A stretch of 32,000 nucleotides of DNA, taken from positions 2,580,001 to 2,612,000 of the forward strand of contig NZ_CP065936.1 in assembly GCF_003367075.2 (NCBI RefSeq), in the 5' to 3' direction. Position 1 is the stretch's first letter. Every line of letters begins with the position of its first letter. This DNA is from Cylindrospermopsis raciborskii Cr2010 (GTDB taxonomy: Bacteria; Cyanobacteriota; Cyanobacteriia; Cyanobacteriales; Nostocaceae). Shown here piece by piece: positions 26,883-32,000 of the stretch. The position numbers and the translations under genes are program-made. The notes beneath the pieces were generated by a model that saw only the letters and a list, made by a program, of their open reading frames with translations, made no database searches and was not told where the DNA came from.

Positions 26883-28002
26883 ATGGAAGTTCTAGAACTA
26901 AAACGGGAAATAGAAGTATTGTGTAATCGCCTGGGTAAAACCCAGGACTATCTTTGACGTACCCGCAGTCAAAGCCAAAATTCAAGACCTGGAACAGATC
27001 TCAGCCCAACCAGAATTTTGGGAAGACCAAAACCAGGCACAACAAACGCTTCAGGAACTAAACGACCTCAAATCTCACCTAGATCAGTATTACCACTGGC
27101 AGACTGACTTAGAAGATACTAAAGCAGTGGTGGAACTATTGGAACTAGAAGCAGATGAAGGACTCTTACAGGAAGCTGAAACTACCATTAACCAAATGCA
27201 CCGCGATCTGGATCAGTGGGAGTTACAACAACTACTTTCTGGACCCTACGATAGCCAGGGCGCAGTCCTAACAATCAATGCAGGTGCAGGAGGAACAGAT
27301 GCCCAAGACTGGGCATTTATGCTAATGCGAATGTACACCCGTTGGGCAGAAGCCCATGGTTATAAAGTGACACTAGCTGAAGAATCTGAAGGTGATGAAG
27401 CGGGGATAAAATCAGCTACCCTGGAAATTACAGGTCGTTATGCCTATGGTTATCTACGCGCAGAAATGGGAACCCATCGGTTAGTGAGAATTTCTCCTTT
27501 TAATGCCAATGGTAAACGCCAAACTAGTTTTGCTGGAGTGGAAGTTATGCCACAAATAGATAACTCCGTTACCCTAGAAATACCAGAAAAAGATTTAGAA
27601 ATCACTACCTCCAGAGCAGGGGGTAAGGGTGGACAAAACGTCAACAAGGTGGAAACAGCAGTGCGCATAGTTCATATTCCTACGGGAGTAGCAGTGCGTT
27701 GTACAGAAGAGCGATCGCAATTACAAAATAAAGAAAAAGCTTTAGCTCGTCTAAAGGCTAAGCTTTTAGTTATTGCCAGAGAGCAACGTGCCCAAGAGAT
27801 AGCTGAAATTCGTGGTGACATGGTAGAAGCATCCTGGGGTAATCAAATACGTAACTATGTTTTTCATCCTTACCAAATAGTCAAAGACTTGCGTACAAAC
27901 CTTGAAACAACAGCTATTGGTGATGTGATGAATGGTGATCTGGATAATTTTATCCAAGCATATCTGAGGCAAGAAAATCAATTGGTAACCAGTGGTGAGT
28001 AG
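26883..28002 (+). CDS. prfB: Peptide chain release factor 2, requiring a +1 programmed ribosomal frameshift at 26955
   Basis: Frame 0 runs 26883-26954 (MEVLELKREIEVLCNRLGKTQDYL) and ends at in-frame TGA 26955-26957. Skipping T26955 gives DVPAVKAKIQDLEQISAQPEFWEDQ..., which joins the track ORF at 27127 (171 nt, in frame). The SPF tripeptide (RISPFNANG) and GGQ (GGKGGQNVN) are present. The product is about 372 aa. Confidence 0.93.
26944..26958 (+). promoter_or_regulatory. prfB autoregulatory +1 frameshift site (AGGAC TAT CTT TGA C)
   Basis: CTT TGA C is the conserved RF2 shift heptamer context. An SD-like AGGA sits 4 nt upstream of CTT, mirroring E. coli AGGGGG TAT CTT TGA C. Confidence 0.9.
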
Positions 28003-28603
28003 AAAATTGCCTTTTTTAGTGGTAGTACTGGTGGGACTAATGATTTTATTGGCCCAAAATCTTGCTCCTACCTTACCCCTAATGTTCTTGGGAATGCGGA
28101 GTCGTCCCCTACCCCTAGCTTTGTGGATTTTATTTAGCATTACTGCTGGTGGTTTAACATCTTTACTTATTAACACCTTTGTTAGCACCCTGTGGAAAAT
28201 CACTGGGTATTCCACCACTGGTTCATCTGCTCCCCCAAGCGGATCAAAATCTTTTGATAATTATAATCAAGAGAATATACATTCGGTGAAGAATCCACCC
28301 AAGTCAAGAAATGGCAATGATGAGAGCAGCGATGAACTTGATGATTGGCTTAGGGGTTCCCAGGAAGGTGATGACTGGGATTTGACCCAACCACCAAAAT
28401 CACCAACCCAAGGGAATGTTTCTCCTTCCGACTCCGTTTATTCCTACAGTTCCCAGTCACCCAAAAATACTGGGGTGGGGAAAACTGAATCTATTTATGA
28501 TGCGGACTATCGAGTCATTATTCCCCCCTATCAACCCCCAAGCACCAACCCAAGGGATAATGATACTGATGATGATTGGGATTTTTTGACAGATGAGGAA
28601 TAG
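27992..28603 (+). CDS. LapA/DUF1049-like two-helix membrane protein with an acidic, Ser/Pro-rich disordered tail
   Basis: The GTG start at 27992 overlaps the prfB 3' end by 11 nt. Two hydrophobic helices (LPFLVVVLVGLMILLA and LALWILFSITAGGLTSLLI) are followed by a low-complexity tail with DDW motifs. The start codon is uncertain. Confidence 0.5.
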   Translation: MVSRKLPFLVVVLVGLMILLAQNLAPTLPLMFLGMRSRPLPLALWILFSITAGGLTSLLINTFVSTLWKITGYSTTGSSAPPSGSKSFDNYNQENIHSVKNPPKSRNGNDESSDELDDWLRGSQEGDDWDLTQPPKSPTQGNVSPSDSVYSYSSQSPKNTGVGKTESIYDADYRVIIPPYQPPSTNPRDNDTDDDWDFLTDEE

Positions 28604-28606
28604 ATC

Positions 28607-29176
28607 ATGGATGGTTCAATCAAGCAATTATTAAAAGGAGTAAACCTATATTTAATTGGCATGATGGGAAGTGGTAAAACTACCATTGGTAATTTATTAG
28701 CACAAGCAGTCAACTATAGTTTTATAGATACTGATGAAGTTATAGTCAAAGCTGCGGGTAAACCCATCAGCGACATTTTCATCACCGAGGGAGAACCAGC
28801 ATTTCGTCAACTGGAAAGTAATGTTTTAGCTCAAGTCTGTGCCTATACTAAATTAACCATTGCTACAGGTGGAGGCATTGTTCTGCGCCGAGAAAATTGG
28901 AGTTATCTCCATCATGGGTTAATAATTTGGCTTGATGTACCAGTGGAAATACTACTAGAACGATTAAAAGAAGATCAAACAAGACCCCTTTTACAAGACC
29001 CAGACACCCAGAATAAATTGCGATCGCTTTTAGATAAGCGTTATAGTTTATACTCACAAGCTGATTTACATATTGAGATTACCCAACAGGAAACACCAGA
29101 ACAAACGGTGACCAATATTCTGCAGGCAATTCCCGGAGTTTTGAAAACACCAGAAATTCCAAAATTAACTGGCTAA
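28607..29176 (+). CDS. aroK: Shikimate kinase
   Basis: It has the GMMGSGKTTIG P-loop, DTD, and the ..ATGGGIV.R motif. The ATG lies 3 nt after the upstream stop. Confidence 0.9.
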   Translation: MDGSIKQLLKGVNLYLIGMMGSGKTTIGNLLAQAVNYSFIDTDEVIVKAAGKPISDIFITEGEPAFRQLESNVLAQVCAYTKLTIATGGGIVLRRENWSYLHHGLIIWLDVPVEILLERLKEDQTRPLLQDPDTQNKLRSLLDKRYSLYSQADLHIEITQQETPEQTVTNILQAIPGVLKTPEIPKLTG

Positions 29177-29229
29177 AGCTATATTTAGTTTCATAGCAAA
29201 TTCAGCATCAAACTTGGAATATTTACATA

Positions 29230-30120
29230 ATGGTTAACGATATTGAGTATATCAGGCAAGCAGAAGCTACCCGCGTTAAAATTCTCAGCGAAGCTCTACC
29301 ATATATCCAGCAGTTTTCAGGTCGTACCGTAGTAGTCAAATACGGAGGTGCGGCGATGAAAGACAGTAATCTTAAAGACAAAGTTATTCGTGACATTGTA
29401 TTTTTATCTTGTGTTGGTCTAAGACCGATTTTGGTTCATGGTGGAGGTCCTGAGATTAATAGCTGGTTGGATAAACTAGGGATAGAACCACAATTTAAAA
29501 ATGGCCTGCGAGTAACCGATGCACCAACCATGGATGTGGTAGAAATGGTGCTAGTAGGTAGAGTCAATAAAGAAATAGTCTCTCTGATTAACCAATCTGG
29601 TGGTATGGGAGTGGGACTGTGTGGTAAAGATGGTAATTTGATTACCGCTCGTCCCCAGGGAGATGAAAGTATTGGTTTTGTGGGGGAAGTCAGCAGCATT
29701 AATATCAAAATTCTAGAAACCCTTTCTAAAAGTGGTTATATTCCAGTAGTGTCTAGCGTAGCAGCTGACGATAGCGGACAAGCTTATAACATTAACGCTG
29801 ATACAGTAGCAGGAGAGATAGCAGCTGCTTTAGGGGCGGAAAAGTTAATTTTATTAACGGATACTAGGGGGATTTTAACAAACTACAAGGATCCATCTAC
29901 TTTAATTCCTAAAGTAGATATTAGAGAAGCAAGAGAATTGATTAATGATGGTATAGTGAGTGGGGGTATGATCCCTAAGGTTAACTGTTGTGTGCGCTCT
30001 CTTGCGCAGGGGGTAAAGGCCGCCCATATAATTGATGGTCGTATTCCCCATGCTCTATTGTTAGAAATATTTACGGATGTGGGGATTGGAACTATGATTT
30101 TAGGATCTCAGTTTCAGTAA
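29230..30120 (+). CDS. argB: Acetylglutamate kinase
   Basis: 296 aa. [24 protein letters not shown] and GGMIPKV are canonical ArgB motifs. Confidence 0.95.
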   Translation: MVNDIEYIRQAEATRVKILSEALPYIQQFSGRTVVVKYGGAAMKDSNLKDKVIRDIVFLSCVGLRPILVHGGGPEINSWLDKLGIEPQFKNGLRVTDAPTMDVVEMVLVGRVNKEIVSLINQSGGMGVGLCGKDGNLITARPQGDESIGFVGEVSSINIKILETLSKSGYIPVVSSVAADDSGQAYNINADTVAGEIAAALGAEKLILLTDTRGILTNYKDPSTLIPKVDIREARELINDGIVSGGMIPKVNCCVRSLAQGVKAAHIIDGRIPHALLLEIFTDVGIGTMILGSQFQ

Positions 30121-30203
30121 ACACTAATAGGGCTTGTATCCAAAAGTTTCTCAATGGAGCTAGAAATTTAGGCCCTAAGTAACTATCAATGAACTAATCA
30201 CCA

Positions 30204-30719
30204 ATGGGCACAGAAAACCTAGAAACTGCGAAAAATCTTTACTCCCAAGGCAAAATCGCCTTTGAGAACGGAGAATATCAACAATCTGTAGATAATTTGG
30301 AAAAAGCTACCAGTCTACTGTTCCAAAATTCTCGCTTTGCTGGAGAAGTAAATATCTGGTTAGTTAACGCTTACGAAGCTACGGGAAGATCCCAAGAGGC
30401 GATCGCCCTTTGTCAAGAGCTTTCCCATCATCCCCATTATGAAGTTAAATCCCAGGCCAAGCGCTTAGTCTACATATTAAAAGCTCCCAAACTCAAACGA
30501 CCAAAAGAATGGATGACAGAGATACCTGATTTTGCTACAATTTCTGAGCGTCAAACCAAAACCCTAATTGCTCCGCAAAAATCAACTTCACCCCAGAAAT
30601 CCCCGGATTCAGAATATGTGGATCTTAGTCAGGTAAATACACAGGATAATCTTTTTATTTGGGTGGCTTTAATTATTGCTGCTTGTACTATTTCCTATTT
30701 AGTTTGGTTGAGTTTCTGA
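30204..30719 (+). CDS. Hypothetical TPR-like protein with a C-terminal membrane anchor
   Basis: 171 aa. The helical N-terminal half has TPR-like spacing (..AKNLYSQGKIAFENGEYQQSVDNLEKA..), and the C-terminal hydrophobic helix is LFIWVALIIAACTISYLVWL. No family was recognised with certainty. Confidence 0.45.
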   Translation: MGTENLETAKNLYSQGKIAFENGEYQQSVDNLEKATSLLFQNSRFAGEVNIWLVNAYEATGRSQEAIALCQELSHHPHYEVKSQAKRLVYILKAPKLKRPKEWMTEIPDFATISERQTKTLIAPQKSTSPQKSPDSEYVDLSQVNTQDNLFIWVALIIAACTISYLVWLSF

Positions 30720-30771
30720 ATGGGTTGTTAGCAGTTAGATGGAGTTTACCTTGTTCTAAAGGAGAAAATAT

Positions 30772-31578
30772 ATGGCCACATACAAAACCACAAGGTTGGT
30801 TTTTAAAAACAGTATCCATAGCAGAAGCTTAATAAAGCTGGCAAAAAACTCCAAAAAGGTGATGATGATTTTAATCATCTTTATGTCCTTAATCTTATCC
30901 GGTTGTGTAGAATACAATCTGGGTATTAATTTCCATGACAGTAATAATGCTGAATGGGTACAACACATTCGGATTGCTGAAAACTTGACCAGTTTCAGCA
31001 GTGATTATTTACAGGAGTGGTTTAATGTTTTATCTCGTCGCGTCAGCAACATAGGGGGTTCCACCAAATATATTTCTCCAGGTGAACTGGTGGTGAAAAT
31101 ACCTTTTACTCATGGTCAAGAACTAGAGGAGAAATTAGCCACTTTTTACCCACACTCCCTACAAACCTCTCTCCATGAACCAATCAATATTACTTCCAAC
31201 ATAACCCTAAAAGAAAATAACTTTTTGTTCCTATCCAGAAATAATTTAATTTATCAATTAGATTTGCGCTCTTTAGCAGGAGTAGTTGCACAAAAAAACA
31301 GTTCGGATAAAACTCAAATTTCCCTGTTCAACATAGACTTTACCCTCAAAACACCCTGGGGGAATATTAAGAATATTAATTCCACTGTAAAACCTCTCCC
31401 ACCAGAAACAAATAACCAACAAATAACATGGCAAATGCAACTGGGAGAGTTAAATCAAATAGAGGTAGTGTTTTGGCTCCCCAATATGCTCAGTATTGGA
31501 ACCTTAATAATTATTATTATAGTTTTGTTTGGTTACTACTTGAAATATTCCAGTTTAAATATACCCAATCAAAACTGA
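30772..31578 (+). CDS. DUF3153-like lipoprotein with a C-terminal TM helix
   Basis: MMILIIFMSLILSGC is a signal peptide with a lipobox, then VEYNLGINF.... The C-terminal helix is LSIGTLIIIIIVLFGYYL. The true start may be ATG 30862 rather than 30772. The DUF3153 call is from memory. Confidence 0.5.
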   Translation: MATYKTTRLVFKNSIHSRSLIKLAKNSKKVMMILIIFMSLILSGCVEYNLGINFHDSNNAEWVQHIRIAENLTSFSSDYLQEWFNVLSRRVSNIGGSTKYISPGELVVKIPFTHGQELEEKLATFYPHSLQTSLHEPINITSNITLKENNFLFLSRNNLIYQLDLRSLAGVVAQKNSSDKTQISLFNIDFTLKTPWGNIKNINSTVKPLPPETNNQQITWQMQLGELNQIEVVFWLPNMLSIGTLIIIIIVLFGYYLKYSSLNIPNQN

Positions 31579-31603
31579 TAATAAATAATATATTTAAACA
31601 TAT

Positions 31604-32000
31604 TTAAGGGGATAACCGCTCTATCCTCCACTCATGATTATGCAAACGGGTATACAGTAATCTATCGTGTAACCGACTAGAACGCCCCTGCCAAAATTCA
31701 ATTTCCTGGGGAATCACTCGAAACCCTCCCCAGTCAGGAGGTCGGGGTATTGATTGATTTTCATATTTCTGCTCAAGTTCTGCCAATTTTAATTGCAAAA
31801 ACTCCCGATGGGGAATGACTTCACTTTGATTAGATGCCCAAGCACCCAAGCGACTACCATGGGGACGCACTTCAAAATACCCATCAGACTCCTGGGGGGA
31901 AATTTTTTCCACCCCACCAACGATTCTCACCTGACGCTCCAATTGTGCCCACCAAAAAACTAATGCTGCATGGGGATTTATCCCTAACTCTTGTCCCTTA
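31604..32000 (-). CDS. pdxH: Pyridoxamine 5'-phosphate oxidase; partial, N-terminus beyond the right edge
   Basis: The ORF stays open upstream of the track Met: ..[25 protein letters not shown]. The C-terminal ..[19 protein letters not shown]...[19 protein letters not shown] is canonical PdxH. Confidence 0.85.
   Translation of the reverse strand, partial: KGQELGINPHAALVFWWAQLERQVRIVGGVEKISPQESDGYFEVRPHGSRLGAWASNQSEVIPHREFLQLKLAELEQKYENQSIPRPPDWGGFRVIPQEIEFWQGRSSRLHDRLLYTRLHNHEWRIERLSP

Noticed and set aside
1-32000. Search for CRISPR arrays, tRNA/rRNA/tmRNA genes, riboswitch-like leaders, and reverse-transcriptase or integrase genes.
   Set aside because: I saw no regularly spaced direct repeats, no cloverleaf-like or rRNA-like segments, and no ORFs with RT or integrase motifs. 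The only repeats found are HIP1, the IS ends and target duplications, the MITE-like element and the DUF29 duplication.

Overview
This is a chromosomal segment from a cyanobacterium. Three things support that: at least 13 HIP1 palindromes (GCGATCGC), all inside coding regions; cyanobacteria-typical genes (ycf46-like AAA ATPase, DUF3153, DUF29, pseudo-orthocaspase, Mo-nitro_C-like protein); and AT-rich intergenic DNA. A Nostocales-like source is inference only.

Gene content is mostly housekeeping, in this order:
- partial parA-like ATPase (-)
- ureD-ureA-ureB-ureC (+)
- class-3-type aldehyde dehydrogenase (+), whose last codons are interrupted by a 750-bp IS1-family element with 8-bp target duplications
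- MITE-like repeat
- rpmF (-)
- membrane-anchored pseudo-orthocaspase (+)
- Mo-nitro_C-like protein, rnj, dapA, asd (-)
- tig-clpP-clpX, an alpha/beta hydrolase, two tandem DUF29 paralogs (the second with an in-frame TAG), and a LivK/NatB-like lipoprotein binding protein (+)
- small beta-barrel-like secreted protein (-)
- sbcC (+)
- SH3b membrane protein and ycf46-like AAA ATPase (-)
- BI-1/YccA-family protein, prfB (classical +1 programmed frameshift), LapA-like membrane protein, aroK, argB, a TPR-like membrane protein, a DUF3153 lipoprotein (+)
- partial pdxH (-)

No rRNA, tRNA or CRISPR array was seen.

I do not see a convincing new multi-gene system. The most interesting leads are:
- a roughly 95-bp hairpin-forming MITE-like repeat whose two full copies both abut stop codons in the same orientation
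- the IS1-family copy whose DDE ORF is in the +1 frame rather than the canonical -1 frame
- the mosaic DUF29 tandem pair
- a cluster of G/C homopolymers inside the pseudo-orthocaspase gene
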